A stretch of 64,000 nt of DNA from Eledone cirrhosa. Lineage: Eukaryota. The notes under the pieces are model-generated. The model did not search any database, was not told the origin of the DNA, and saw only the letters and a program-made list of their open reading frames with translations. Numbering within the stretch: the first letter of the stretch is position 1; every line of letters begins with the position of its first letter. Below are positions 33,901 through 51,983 of this stretch, one piece after another. The stretch lies in NCBI GenBank assembly GCA_964016885.1, contig OZ024740.1, positions 383,842,001-383,906,000 on the forward strand, given 5' to 3'. Made by a program: the position numbers and the translations under genes.

Positions 33901-35635
<1,735 letters not shown>

Positions 35636-35645
35636 AATTCATATA

Positions 35646-35782
<137 letters not shown>

Positions 35783-35783
35783 T

Positions 35784-35874
<91 letters not shown>

Positions 35875-35875
35875 T

Positions 35876-36072
<197 letters not shown>

Positions 36073-36090
36073 GTATATATATATGTATAT

Positions 36091-38002
36091 GAATATAGAC
36101 ATAGAATATTCGAAAATATTCTGTATGTTTATAATAAACATTTTGAAGACCTAATCGCTATAGAATAGAATACGTCACGTATTACAATTAGATTCTCGAT
36201 AAAAGCAAGGGAAGTAATCTACGCGTTTCATTCTTGTTAGAAATCATCAGGACTACATATCCAGTGCTTTTATCGAGAATGACACAGCTAGAGACTTATA
36301 GAATACTTAGCTGTGTACAGGAACTGGTTTGAAAGAGCGGTTGCCGGTCCGGCAGAAATTAGAAATTGGAATAAAAGCTCTGAAATAGCGATATATATGT
36401 GAATATAGACATAGAATATTCGAAAATATTCTGTATGTTTATAATAAACATTTTGAAGACCTAATCGCTATAGAATAGAATACGTCACGTATTACAATTA
36501 GATTCTCGATAAAAGCAAGGGAAGTAATCTACGCGTTTCATTCTTGTTAGAAATCATCAGGACTACATATCCAGTGCTTTTATCGAGAATGACACAGCTA
36601 GAGACTTATAGAATACTTAGCTGTGTACAGGAACTGGTTTGAAAGAGCGGTTGCCGGTCCGGCAGAAATTAGAAATTGGAATAAAAGCTCTGAAATAGCG
36701 ATATATATGTGAATATAGACATAGAATATTCGAAAATATTCTGTATGTTTATAATAAACATTTTGAAGACCTAATCGCTATAGAATAGAATACGTCACGT
36801 ATTACAATTAGATTCTCGATAAAAGCAAGGGAAGTAATCTACGCGTTTCATTCTTGTTAGAAATCATCAGGACTACATATCCAGTGCTTTTATCGAGAAT
36901 GACACAGCTAGAGACTTATAGAATACTTAGCTGTGTACAGGAACTGGTTTGAAAGAGCGGTTGCCGGTCCGGCAGAAATTAGAAATTGGAATAAAAGCTC
37001 TGAAATAGCGATATATATGTGAATATAGACATAGAATATTCGAAAATATTCTGTATGTTTATAATAAACATTTTGAAGACCTAATCGCTATAGAATAGAA
37101 TACGTCACGTATTACAATTAGATTCTCGATAAAAGCAAGGGAAGTAATCTACGCGTTTCATTCTTGTTAGAAATCATCAGGACTACATATCCAGTGCTTT
37201 TATCGAGAATGACACAGCTAGAGACTTATAGAATACTTAGCTGTGTACATTGTAATACGTGACGTATTCTATTCTATAGCGATTAGGTCTTCAAAATGTT
37301 TATTATAAACATACAGAATATTTTCGAATATTCTATGTCTATATTCACATATATATCGCTATTTCAGAGCTTTTATTCCAATTTCTAATTTCTGCCGGAC
37401 CGGCAACCGCTCTTTCAAACCAGTTCCTGTACACAGCTAAGTATTCTATAAGTCTCTAGCTGTGTCATTCTCGATAAAAGCACTGGATATGTAGTCCTGA
37501 TGATTTCTAACAAGAATGAAACGCGTAGATTACTTCCCTTGCTTTTATCGAGAATCTAATTGTAATACGTGACGTATTCTATTCTATAGCGATTAGGTCT
37601 TCAAAATGTTTATTATAAACATACAGAATATTTTCGAATATTCTATGTCTATATTCACATATATATCGCTATTTCAGAGCTTTTATTCCAATTTCTAATT
37701 TCTGCCGGACCGGCAACCGCTCTTTCAAACCAGTTCCTGTACACAGCTAAGTATTCTATAAGTCTCTAGCTGTGTCATTCTCGATAAAAGCACTGGATAT
37801 GTAGTCCTGATGATTTCTAACAAGAATGAAACGCGTAGATTACTTCCCTTGCTTTTATCGAGAATCTAATTGTAATACGTGACGTATTCTATTCTATAGC
37901 GATTAGGTCTTCAAAATGTTTATTATAAACATACAGAATATTTTCGAATATTCTATGTCTATATTCACATATATATCGCTATTTCAGAGCTTTTATTCCA
38001 AT
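36091..38002. mobile_element. Retrozyme-like array: apparently identical 310-bp units, six HHRs, two divergent arms
   Basis: Period 310 (36181, 36491, 36801, 37111; 37491, 37801); inversion junction at ~37249; HHRs start at 36214, 36524, 36834, 37144 (-) and 37491, 37801 (+). Confidence 0.93.
37491..37533 (+). ncRNA. Minimal type I hammerhead ribozyme
   Basis: gtagtc-CTGATGA-tttctaacaagaat-GAAA-cgcg-TA-gattac; palindromic stem III ACGCGT. Confidence 0.9.
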
Positions 38003-38081
38003 ATATGTATATATATATATGTATATATATATATGTATATATATATGTATATATATATATGTATATATATATATGTATATA

Positions 38082-38128
<47 letters not shown>

Positions 38129-38141
38129 ATATATATATATG

Positions 38142-38192
<51 letters not shown>

Positions 38193-38198
38193 GTATAA

Positions 38199-38231
<33 letters not shown>

Positions 38232-38240
38232 TATGTATAA

Positions 38241-38295
<55 letters not shown>

Positions 38296-38306
38296 TATAT
38301 GTATAA

Positions 38307-38346
<40 letters not shown>

Positions 38347-38757
38347 GTATGAGAGATGACCCCTTAGCTTTTGTCAAGGCAGAATTCTAGGAGAAGGAAA
38401 ACTCTGATATAACAACTGCAACTCTGATGGTATCCAATGATGTTGACTTGTTCTTCTTTTTGGTAAATATCATCTTGGTTAAGAGAGTGGGACTGGCTTT
38501 GTGCAGTGCCTTTACTCACTATAAAAGCTTCACGGCACAGGCATTGCTTTATATCTGGAGATCTCTCTGCACTTGTCGTCACATGGTACCATGGGCCCAG
38601 CACTATGTGTCAATAATTGTCACAAGTGTAGTGTTTGTACCAGAGTTTTCAAGTCGCTGGCTGGACTAAAAAGTCACACTTGTTTAGCGCATCGGTAGGG
38701 GTTCTCCTACATGGATATAAAGTAGTGGCCGTACTCGAAAACGAGTTGGCAGCCACC

Positions 38758-39787
<1,030 letters not shown>

Positions 39788-39798
39788 AAATACATATG

Positions 39799-40080
39799 TC
39801 AAATATTTACAATTTGGCTTCGTTTATTAGTGCTATATATATTTCGGTGACAGCCATCTTTGGCTGTGACATCTTCAGGCAGCCCGAATTGGTATGGTAG
39901 AGACGGTTACACTTGTTGTTGAGGTGCTTAACTCCGTCAATACTGCGATACTGTCGTCAACCTTATGTGTACCGGTCTCTACCACATCAATTCGGACTGC
40001 CTGAAGAGGTCACAGCCAAAGATGGCTGTCACCGAAATATATATAGCAGTAATAAACGAAGCCAAATTGTAAATATTTGA
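39799..40080. mobile_element. Palindromic solo-pLTR insert with an HHR in each arm
   Basis: Plus 39996-40050 actgc-CTGAAGA-ggtcacagccaaagatggctgtcacc-GAAA-tatata-TA-gcagt-AATAAA; minus copy 39829-39882. Confidence 0.88.
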
Positions 40081-40193
40081 TTTATTTATTTTATTTTACA
40101 TTACTCCGGAGTAACCAATCCCACCTGCGCACTTCATCGAGTGCTCCAATCTGCATACTGAGGTGTCGGTAAACAACCAACATATACTAAATG

Positions 40194-40266
<73 letters not shown>

Positions 40267-40362
40267 GTTAAACAAGATTCAATGAGTACATCAAAGAATA
40301 AGTTTTACAGTAGATTGGAAGCACTCTACCAAAAAATATTTTCCAGAGTTATTAATTTATTA

Positions 40363-40695
40363 ATATTAAAATATAAATATTAATAAAATAGATGTTCTTT
40401 TGATCAATTAAATTTTATTATACATATTTCAGAGGTACAACAATACGTCCTCATCAGACAAAATATAATGATACATGACATACTCTGAGATGTTAAATGG
40501 TTAAGATTTAATCAAGCTAGTCAACCTTGATTAAATCTTAATCATTTAATTCTTAACCATTTACAATCTCAGGGTATGTCATGTATCATTATATTTTGTC
40601 TGATGAGGACGTACTGTTGTACCTCTGAAATATGTATCATAAAATTTAATTGATCAAAAGATCATCTATTTTATTAATATTTATATTTTAATATA
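40363..40695. mobile_element. Palindromic solo-pLTR insert with an HHR in each arm (different family)
   Basis: Plus 40593-40645 attttgt-CTGATGA-ggacgtactgttgtacctct-GAAA-tatgta-TC-ataaaat; minus copy 40412-40464. Confidence 0.88.
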
Positions 40696-40697
40696 TT

Positions 40698-40779
<82 letters not shown>

Positions 40780-41809
40780 TTAAAGAAATAATGAATAAAC
40801 AATTCCTTATATTAAACAAAAAAAGTTCATTATTTAACGATCGTTTCTAGGGTATATATGTGTTATAATTGGTATGCATATTCAACAGATCTATGTACAA
40901 AATTATACAAAATTATACAAATTATCAAGATTAAATATACATACCTAACACATATATACGCCGTCTTCAGAAATAATGAAGTATATTTATTGATAATAAC
41001 AACAATTCAAAATATCAGTTCAAAATTGACCAATGAAAACACAAAGGGTTAAAAGCAGTTCGGTGTGTGTATATACATGTAAAAACCTTACACATATTTT
41101 ACAATAATGTGTGTATAATTTGTATGCGCATACTAAAAAGATGGATGCAAACACAAAATTTCAAGGTTAATATCTCTGTAAGCTTAATGCGCTGATAAGA
41201 TGCGCATTGATACTTATGGAGTCAAGCATATAAATATATTTTTTCATACTCACACATATCAGTATAATCACACATACATGCGCGTATATGCATAAATATA
41301 CACATAACCACGAACATACAAACACACACACTCCCCCACTCACATTTATATATGTGGATATAAAATCATAAGCACATAGAAATTAAGTCACTCACATAAA
41401 ACACTGGCACACACATTTCAAGATCAAGATACAGAAATTAGGTGGGAGGGGGGGGAGGGGTCAGTATTCAATTGTCTGAGCAGACTGCCTAATATAAATG
41501 TATCTATAAATTAAGAAAAATAAAAAAATAAAAAAATAAAAACAATAAAATATAATAAATATAATATAATGTACATACACATACAGATATATATACACAT
41601 ACATACATGTACGCGCACATAGAGATATTTACGCATACACACATACACACATACATATACAGTCATACACACACATACACTTACACGAACATACACATAC
41701 ACATATAAAAAGATATATATATATACACACACACACGCGCAACACATACACACATACACATATATATAAAAAATAGATAATAAAAATATATATCCATATA
41801 TATATATAT

Positions 41810-41862
<53 letters not shown>

Positions 41863-41951
41863 TAAACATATACATACACATACATCTAAATATACATACA
41901 CATACATACACACATACATGTACATACATGTACATACATATACGCACATCG

Positions 41952-41993
<42 letters not shown>

Positions 41994-42540
41994 TCACATA
42001 GACATAAAGATACATACACACACAACTTACATACACACGTATATATATATATATATAGATGTACCTTCATACATAGAATTAGATATATTTAATCTTGATA
42101 ATTTGTATAATTTTGTATAATTTTGTACATAGATCTGTTGAATATGCATACCAATTATAACACATATATACCCTAGAAACGATCGTTAAATAATGAACTT
42201 TTTTTGTTTAATATAAGGAATTGTTTATTCATTATTTCTTTAATATTTTATCTTGACTCTGTATACCGTTTATCTTTCACCGAAAGTGGATTTTCATTAC
42301 ATCTCTTCTTTCCATGATATCCGGAATACATTGAGTTCTTCATACGGATTGGACACTACCGTAAACTCTTGGTAGATTTATCTACATAATTTTGCTCCTA
42401 TTTTCACGGAAATATTCGTATTTTTGTACTGTAGGTGTGTATTAATTTTATATTTATGTATAAACATATATATATGTATGATTTTGTAAACCCATATACA
42501 TTTAGTTGAGCTCTTTCAATTGTCCATCATCCATATCACA

Positions 42541-44982
42541 ATGGAAAAACAATATTTAGGAACCTCCTTAAAAAACATACCAATACCTTCTAAGGACGAC
42601 TTCTTACTCCTTATGATTCAGAAAACTAATAATTTTATCAGAAGGGTTAGATGGAGAGCCTACCACTTCGATAGAAAATCTAAACAAGCAGATCGGAAAT
42701 ATATGTATGATTTCAATACTTACAAGAATCCACCACACAACTTTTTACTTGAAGACTTCGAGAAAGACCTTTTTAATTTAATTAAACACCTCAAATTTAA
42801 AAAGTATAAATCCGTCTTTCAAAAGGACCTTGATTCTACCCTATTGGACCTAAAAAAGTCTAAAAAAATCCATGTCCACTCGGACAAAACTGGTAACTTG
42901 TATCATATGGATATTGAACATTATAATGAGTTCATATATAAAGAACTCAGAAAAAATTATAAAAAATCTAATAATGTGTCACTCACCAACATCAACAACA
43001 AAACACACAACATAGTAAAAAAACTAAACATTGAAGATAGAACTGAACCTTTGGCATTGAAAAGACCACACTTCAACCTGAAAGATCACAAATCTAACTT
43101 TAACTCTAATCCTTCTATTAGACTTATATGTCCCTCCAAATCAGATATTGGAATAATTAGCAAAAAAATTTTAGATAGAGTCATCCCACAAATAAGAAAA
43201 TACGTTATTTTACCACTCTGGGAAAACACCTCCCAGGTAATTAATTGGTTTAAAAATATTAGGTGTAAATCTTCTGCTTCTTTCCTACAATTTGATATAG
43301 ATAATTACTATTCTTCTATATCACCCATACTCCTGAACAAAGCATTAATATTTGCTAAAAATAGATCTAATTTAACTTCGGATGACATTAACATTATTAC
43401 ACATGCTAGACTAACACTTATTGAATTTCAGAATGAATACTGGACCAGAAACACATACAGTAATCTTTTTGATATTACTATGGGTTCAAGCGATTCCGCC
43501 CAAATTACTGATCTTGTGGGCCTCTTTCTCCTTTTCAACATAAATGCCTCTTTTCCCCACCTCAAAGGTGGTTTATATCGTGATGACTGTCTTCTTCTTT
43601 CTAACAACCTTAGCCTTTCAGAAATCGAAAAAAACAAAAAACATATTAGAACTTTCCTTAAAGACTATTATAATCTTAATATTACTTTTGAAAAAACAAG
43701 TAAAGTAGTAAATTTCCTAGATATAACTTTAGATTTAGCTACGGGTATATACCAACCTTACCATAAACCTAACCAAAACTTACATTACATACACTCACAA
43801 TCTAATCACCCTAAATCTATCCTTAAAAACCTTGCATATAATATATCACTTAGAATTTCTAACCTTTCTTCTAACCAAGATGTATTTGATAAAAATGCGA
43901 CCTTTTATAATGAAGCTCTAGATAGAAGTGGCCACAAAAATAGATTAGAGTATATACCTTCTACTAAAAATACTGAAAGCATACAGCATAATATTACCAA
44001 CAAACACCAAATGAAAAGTACACACCTAAATGCCACCCACAATATACCCCAAAATACTAAATCTTCTAATATAAAGTATAGTAACCCTCAAAAAACTACT
44101 CATCATACAACTATAATAAATATTAATAATAAAACTCCTAATAAAAAAGATAAAACACCTAAATCTACAAATATAACTAAAAATAGTTGTGGTGAGATCA
44201 TTAACATTAATCCTCCTAGTAAAAATCATGATACAACCTATAAAAATAATAAAAATAATAAACAACATAGAAACCGTAATAGACGAGTTACTTGGTATAA
44301 TGCTCCTTTTAATTTACAAGTTAAGGATAATATTGCTAAAAAATTTTTTTATATCCTTGAGAAAAACTTCCCGCCAAACCACAAATACCATCAAATCTTA
44401 AATAGGTCTACAGTTAAATTCTCATACTCTACAACAAATAACATAAAACAAAATATAAGTGCATATAATGCATATAAATGTAAGAAAACCATAAGTATAC
44501 CACCAGTACATCAAATTAACAATAATATCTCCTCAAATACAGAATTAACGAAAGGATGTAACTGTAGAAACAAAACAAACTGCCCATTAAAAGGGAATTG
44601 TCTTGTTAACAACATAGTCTATAAATGTAATGTTAAAACTAAAGATTCTATTTGCTCATATATAGGAGCTACCTCTAACAATTTTAAGACAAGATTTAAT
44701 ACCCACAAACATAGTTTTAAAAATGCCGCACTGGCTAATACAACATCTCTAGCAGAAAAAATCAATAGTTATAAAAATAAGAATATAAAATATGATTTGA
44801 CCTGGAGTGTGCTCAAAAGAGCCACCCCTTATCAAAATAATAGAAAGGAATGTGGATTATGTTCCCAAGAACTATTTGAAATAATGAAGTCTAAGGATAT
44901 CTTATTAAATAAACGACAGGAATTAATTATATCGTGTAATCATAAACTAAAAAAAACATTTAAATATTATAAACCTAATTAA
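42541..44982 (+). CDS. PLE polyprotein: reverse transcriptase, Cys-rich linker and GIY-YIG endonuclease (~813 aa from the first ATG)
   Basis: Uninterrupted ORF with SDKTGNLY, QFDIDNYY, MGSSDSAQITDLVG, GLYRDD, VNFLDITL, CNCRNKTNCPLKGNC, NIVY..SYIGAT..FKTRFNTH, CGLCSQE, LLNKRQE. Confidence 0.95.
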   Translation: MEKQYLGTSLKNIPIPSKDDFLLLMIQKTNNFIRRVRWRAYHFDRKSKQADRKYMYDFNTYKNPPHNFLLEDFEKDLFNLIKHLKFKKYKSVFQKDLDSTLLDLKKSKKIHVHSDKTGNLYHMDIEHYNEFIYKELRKNYKKSNNVSLTNINNKTHNIVKKLNIEDRTEPLALKRPHFNLKDHKSNFNSNPSIRLICPSKSDIGIISKKILDRVIPQIRKYVILPLWENTSQVINWFKNIRCKSSASFLQFDIDNYYSSISPILLNKALIFAKNRSNLTSDDINIITHARLTLIEFQNEYWTRNTYSNLFDITMGSSDSAQITDLVGLFLLFNINASFPHLKGGLYRDDCLLLSNNLSLSEIEKNKKHIRTFLKDYYNLNITFEKTSKVVNFLDITLDLATGIYQPYHKPNQNLHYIHSQSNHPKSILKNLAYNISLRISNLSSNQDVFDKNATFYNEALDRSGHKNRLEYIPSTKNTESIQHNITNKHQMKSTHLNATHNIPQNTKSSNIKYSNPQKTTHHTTIININNKTPNKKDKTPKSTNITKNSCGEIININPPSKNHDTTYKNNKNNKQHRNRNRRVTWYNAPFNLQVKDNIAKKFFYILEKNFPPNHKYHQILNRSTVKFSYSTTNNIKQNISAYNAYKCKKTISIPPVHQINNNISSNTELTKGCNCRNKTNCPLKGNCLVNNIVYKCNVKTKDSICSYIGATSNNFKTRFNTHKHSFKNAALANTTSLAEKINSYKNKNIKYDLTWSVLKRATPYQNNRKECGLCSQELFEIMKSKDILLNKRQELIISCNHKLKKTFKYYKPN

Positions 44983-45514
44983 TAACATTATTCTAGAAAT
45001 TAATTTAATTTAAATGTTAGTTAACCTATAAATTTAATTTAATTAATATTTTATTACAGATGAGAAAATATTATGTAATCATAAATTGTGAAAAACCTTT
45101 AAATATTACTAATATATACTTAGTAATTTAATTTATAGATTAACTTTAATTTATTTAAACCTTTTATTATAATTCTTTTACAGATAAAATATAACAAAAT
45201 AATATCATGTATCCAAGGACGGAGAAAGAATTTTTAGTATTATAGACCTAATTAATATACATTTTGGAAATATATTTATTATTTGGTTTTAGTTTTAATC
45301 ATCCTAAAACTTTAATTTTAATTTGCTTAAAATTAGTATCCTTATACAGACGAATTGCAGAATGTCATGTAATCATAGAATGGGATGTGTTTTGGATATA
45401 TACCTAGTTAATATATTCTGTGCAATTTTTTGAAAAAGATATGTATATGTATATGTATATGTATATGTGTGTGTTGTGTATGTGTATCTGTATGTATGTA
45501 TATGTGTGTATATA

Positions 45515-45557
<43 letters not shown>

Positions 45558-47185
45558 ATATGTATGTATATGTGTATGTGTATGTATATGTATATGTATG
45601 CGTATTAATTTTGATTTCTATTTGCATATAATTATATTATGCTATTGATGAAATACAATATCTGCTTTATGTATTGTATACCTAATTAACATATACTAAT
45701 TAACGTATACTATTGAAATAAATATATAATTTTTAATTTAGTTAACATATAATTTATATGCTACTACCGATGTAATAATTTTTTTTATTTTTATTTGGGT
45801 TTCTTTTCCCTATTACTAAATTCATCTCCTAATATTGATACCATAACGTTATTAACTTTAATTTAGTTATAATGTAATTAATAATCTACTACTGTTTGAC
45901 TTCAAAATTCTGCTTCAAATATTATAAACCTAACTAATTTACACCTTAGAAATCAATATGTTGACTATCTTTGGTTTAGTTAACATATGATTAATGGTAT
46001 ACTTATTTATTTTGAGATGCATAGATCTCGTATTTCCTAGCACTGAAAATATGTAAGAACATACATTGAATTAAGATACGGAAAATATTATATGTTTCTT
46101 GAAACATATATTTACTTTGATCCCCTTCTCCAAACCCCCCCTTTCCCCCATACTATTATCATCTGTATTTGTAAGCGTCTATGTATGAATATATATGTAG
46201 GTAGGTGTCTATATAGGTTTGGGTATTTATATCTAAATATAAAAATACATATATGAGCATGCAAATATGAATGTAAGATTGTGTGTGTATATATGATTGT
46301 ACATACATATGTATGTATATATATGTATATATATGTATTATATATGTATGTGTATGTGAATGTGTTGTATGTATATGTGTATGTATGTGTATATATGTGT
46401 ATGTATGTGTATGCTTGTATATATAGGAATATATATATGTGTATATATGTATGTATATGTATATGCGTGTATGTATGTATGTGTATGTGTGTTGTGTATA
46501 TATATGTATGTCTCTCTATTTATATGTTTATCTTCGTATCTATGTGATATATGTGTGTGTGTATGCACGTATGCATATGTATGTGTTTGTGTGTGTTTGT
46601 ATGTGTGTGTGTATATATGTGTATGTGCGCACACTCACATACACATATATATATATATATATATATATGTGAGTGTGTATGTGTGTCTGTGTGTGTGTGT
46701 GTGTGTGTATGTGTATATATATATATATATATATGTGTATATATATATAGAGATATATATATATATATATATATAGGTGTCTATGTGTGAATATATGTCT
46801 TTATTCGTATGTGTGTATTTATGTATGTATATGTTTATGTGTATGTATGTATGTGTATGTATGTATGTATATATATATATATATATATATGTATATGTGT
46901 ATATATATATATGTATATTATTCTTTATTATTATTGTAATATAACTTATGTGTATATGTGTATAAGTGAGGTTGTGTATGTATATATAATATGTGTATAT
47001 ATAAGAGTAATGAAATATATATATATATATATATGTGCATGTCTGTTTTTTATGTGTGTGTATATATATATATATGTATGTATATATATATGTGTATGTA
47101 TACGTGTGTGTATATAGATATATATATATATACATGTGGGTGTTTGTATGTGTATTTATGGTGGTATGAGTGTGTGGATATATAT

Positions 47186-47222
<37 letters not shown>

Positions 47223-47226
47223 TCTA

Positions 47227-47283
<57 letters not shown>

Positions 47284-47605
47284 ATGTGTATGTGTGTGTA
47301 TGTGTATATATATATGTGTATGTATGTGTGTATATATATATATCTCTATTAATGCGTGTGTGTATGTATATACATATGCCTTTTTATTATTATTTTCATT
47401 TGTATGTCTGAGTTTGGTGAGGTTGTATTGTTTTTTATGTATATACACATATATGGAAGCGTATGTATTTATTTATATGAGTATAAGTAGGTGCATATGT
47501 ATGTATGATTATATATCTAATTCTATGTATGAAGGTACATCTATATATATATATATATACGTGTGTATGTAAGTTGTGTGTGTATGTATCTTTATGTCTA
47601 TGTGA

Positions 47606-47653
<48 letters not shown>

Positions 47654-47742
47654 CGATGTGTGTATATGTATGTACATGTATGTACATGTATGTGTGTATG
47701 TATGTGTATGTATATTTAGATGTATGTGTATGTATATGTATA

Positions 47743-47801
<59 letters not shown>

Positions 47802-48628
47802 ATATATATATATATGGATATATATTTTTATTATCTATTTTTTATATATATGTGTATGTGTGTATGTGTTGCGCGTGTGTGTGTGTATATATATATCTTT
47901 TTATATGTGTATGTGTATGTTCGTGTAAGTGTATGTGTGTGTATGACTGTATATGTATGTGTGTATGTGTGTATGCGTAAATATCTCTATGTGCGCGTAC
48001 ATGTATGTATGTGTATATATATCTGTATGTGTATGTACATTATATTATATTTATTATATTTTATTGTTTTTATTTTTTTATTTTTTTATTTTTCTTAATT
48101 TATAGATACATTTATATTAGGCAGTCTGCTCAGACAATTGAATACTGACCCCTCCCCCCCCTCCCACCTAATTTCTGTATCTTGATCTTGAAATGTGTGT
48201 GCCAGTGTTTTATGTGAGTGACTTAATTTCTATGTGCTTATGATTTTATATCCACATATATAAATGTGAGTGGGGGAGTGTGTGTGTTTGTATGTTCGTG
48301 GTTATGTGTATATTTATGCATATACGCGCATGTATGTGTGATTATACTGATATGTGTGAGTATGAAAAAATATATTTATATGCTTGACTCCATAAGTATC
48401 AATGCGCATCTTATCAGCGCATTAAGCTTACAGAGATATTAACCTTGAAATTTTGTGTTTGCATCCATCTTTTTAGTATGCGCATACAAATTATACACAC
48501 ATTATTGTAAAATATGTGTAAGGTTTTTACATGTATATACACACACCGAACTGCTTTTAACCCTTTGTGTTTTCATTGGTCAATTTTGAACTGATATTTT
48601 GAATTGTTGTTATTATCAATAAATATAC

Positions 48629-48783
48629 TTCATTATTTCTGAAGACGGCGTATATATGTGTTAGGTATGTATATTTAATCTTGATAATTTGTATAATTTT
48701 GTATAATTTTGTACATAGATCTGTTGAATATGCATACCAATTATAACACATATATACCCTAGAAACGATCGTTAAATAATGAA
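48629..48783 (+). ncRNA. Type I hammerhead with 116-nt stem II (second full copy 40826-40980, minus)
   Basis: ttcattattt-CTGAAGA-[gtatatatgtgtta/taacacatatatac; ggtatgtatattt/gaatatgcatacc]-GAAA-cgatcg-TT-aaataatgaa; perfect 10-bp stem I. Confidence 0.85.
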
Positions 48784-49069
48784 CTTTTTTTGTTTAATAT
48801 AAGGAATTGTTTATTCATTATTTCTTTAATATTTTATCTTGACTCTGTATACCGTTTATCTTTCACCGAAAGTGGATTTTCATTACATCTCTTCTTTCCA
48901 TGATATCCGGAATACATTGAGTTCTTCATACGGATTGGACACTACCGTAAACTCTTGGTAGATTTATCTACATATATATATATATATATTCTAAAACTTG
49001 ATTAGTCCCATTCCATAATTGTAAATATATGTATTTAAAATATATATATATATATATATATATATTTTT

Positions 49070-49308
49070 CGAAACAGGCTAAGTAATTTCTTTAGTCACA
49101 ATACGGCGATAGTTTATATTTCTAATATATATATATATATACATATATATATAACGAAGGAAGTGTGGTCAGGAACCAGGTGGACCTTAACGCACCAGAT
49201 TACACAATACTTAGGGTAGTAAAGTGGGTAATAGGAATATGTTCAAGACCCCGACGGTAGAGCTCAAGCAGTTTCGACGGCTTTTTCTGAGTCCAGAAAT
49301 AGCCGTCG
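49070..49308. mobile_element. 290-bp-family-like fragment plus PLE1-family pLTR fragment (minus)
   Basis: caggctaagtaatttctttagtcacaatacggcga; aggaaccaggtggacc..aatacttagggtagt..gagctcaagcagtttcgacggct. Confidence 0.65.
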
Positions 49309-49480
49309 TGAAGGCGCATGGCTTAATGGATAGAGCATTGGGCTAGCAATCGTAAGGTTGTGATTTCAAATCTCGGACCTGGTGATGTGTTGTTTCCTTG
49401 TGCAAGACACTTTATTTCACGTTGCTCCAGTTTACTCAGCTGTAGAAATGAGTACCGGCCTGCCCGCCCAGCCGGTGAGA
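49308..49480 (+). mobile_element. tRNA-derived SINE (family B)
   Basis: TGGCTTAATGG box A, gatttcaaatct box B-like, then ccttgtgcaagacactttatttcacgttgctccag body. Confidence 0.7.
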
Positions 49481-49509
49481 TGGCGTTTTCTTATGGCTAA
49501 AACAACACG

Positions 49510-51250
<1,741 letters not shown>

Positions 51251-51483
51251 CTGAATTATTTTTTAATAAGTTTCCAGTGTCCTCGCTTTGCCTGGAAACT
51301 TACATGAGAATAGACTTTCCTGGCGACGGAATGCTTCTGTATATTATTCTTCGGAAAATATATTTACTCCATTCCAGAAACTAATTAGTTGGAAGTGATA
51401 TTTTAGTAAGTTAATTTTATAATTTTCTTATTTTACGTCTCTTTTATGTATATATATATATGTATATACATATACATATGTAC

Positions 51484-51612
<129 letters not shown>

Positions 51613-51983
51613 CACATATATATATATATATAAGGGTTAAAATAATGGAGCGTGTTGGAGTTAAACACCCTCTTCTTATTATAGAAATGACAGTAAAAGG
51701 TATAGCTCAATGTAGTTAAACAGAGCCGAACAATTAAATTGTCGGCTAATAAAGACTTTTGATGTATTGAAGGCTTCTTTGTTTTACTCTCTTAATTATA
51801 TATATATATATATAAATATGTATATATATATGTATATACATATATATATGTATATACATACATACATAAAAATATATATATATATATATATAGTAATAAT
51901 AATAAATTTGAAGACTAAAATCCAAAGAGGGCTCGATAAGTATGAATATATATCAAATATATAAAAACCCTAGATCAAATATT

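Larger units (their letters stand above)
40775..48974 (+). mobile_element. Penelope-like retroelement PLE2, apparently intact and recent
   Basis: Direct pLTR repeats 42084-42388 and 48670-48974; 40775-42088 is a near-identical inverted copy of 47511-48834; (TA)n on both flanks. Confidence 0.95.

Noticed and set aside
36091-38002. CRISPR array or ordinary satellite
   Set aside because: No unique spacers and a eukaryotic context; low copy number, inversion and one HHR per unit fit a retrozyme better.
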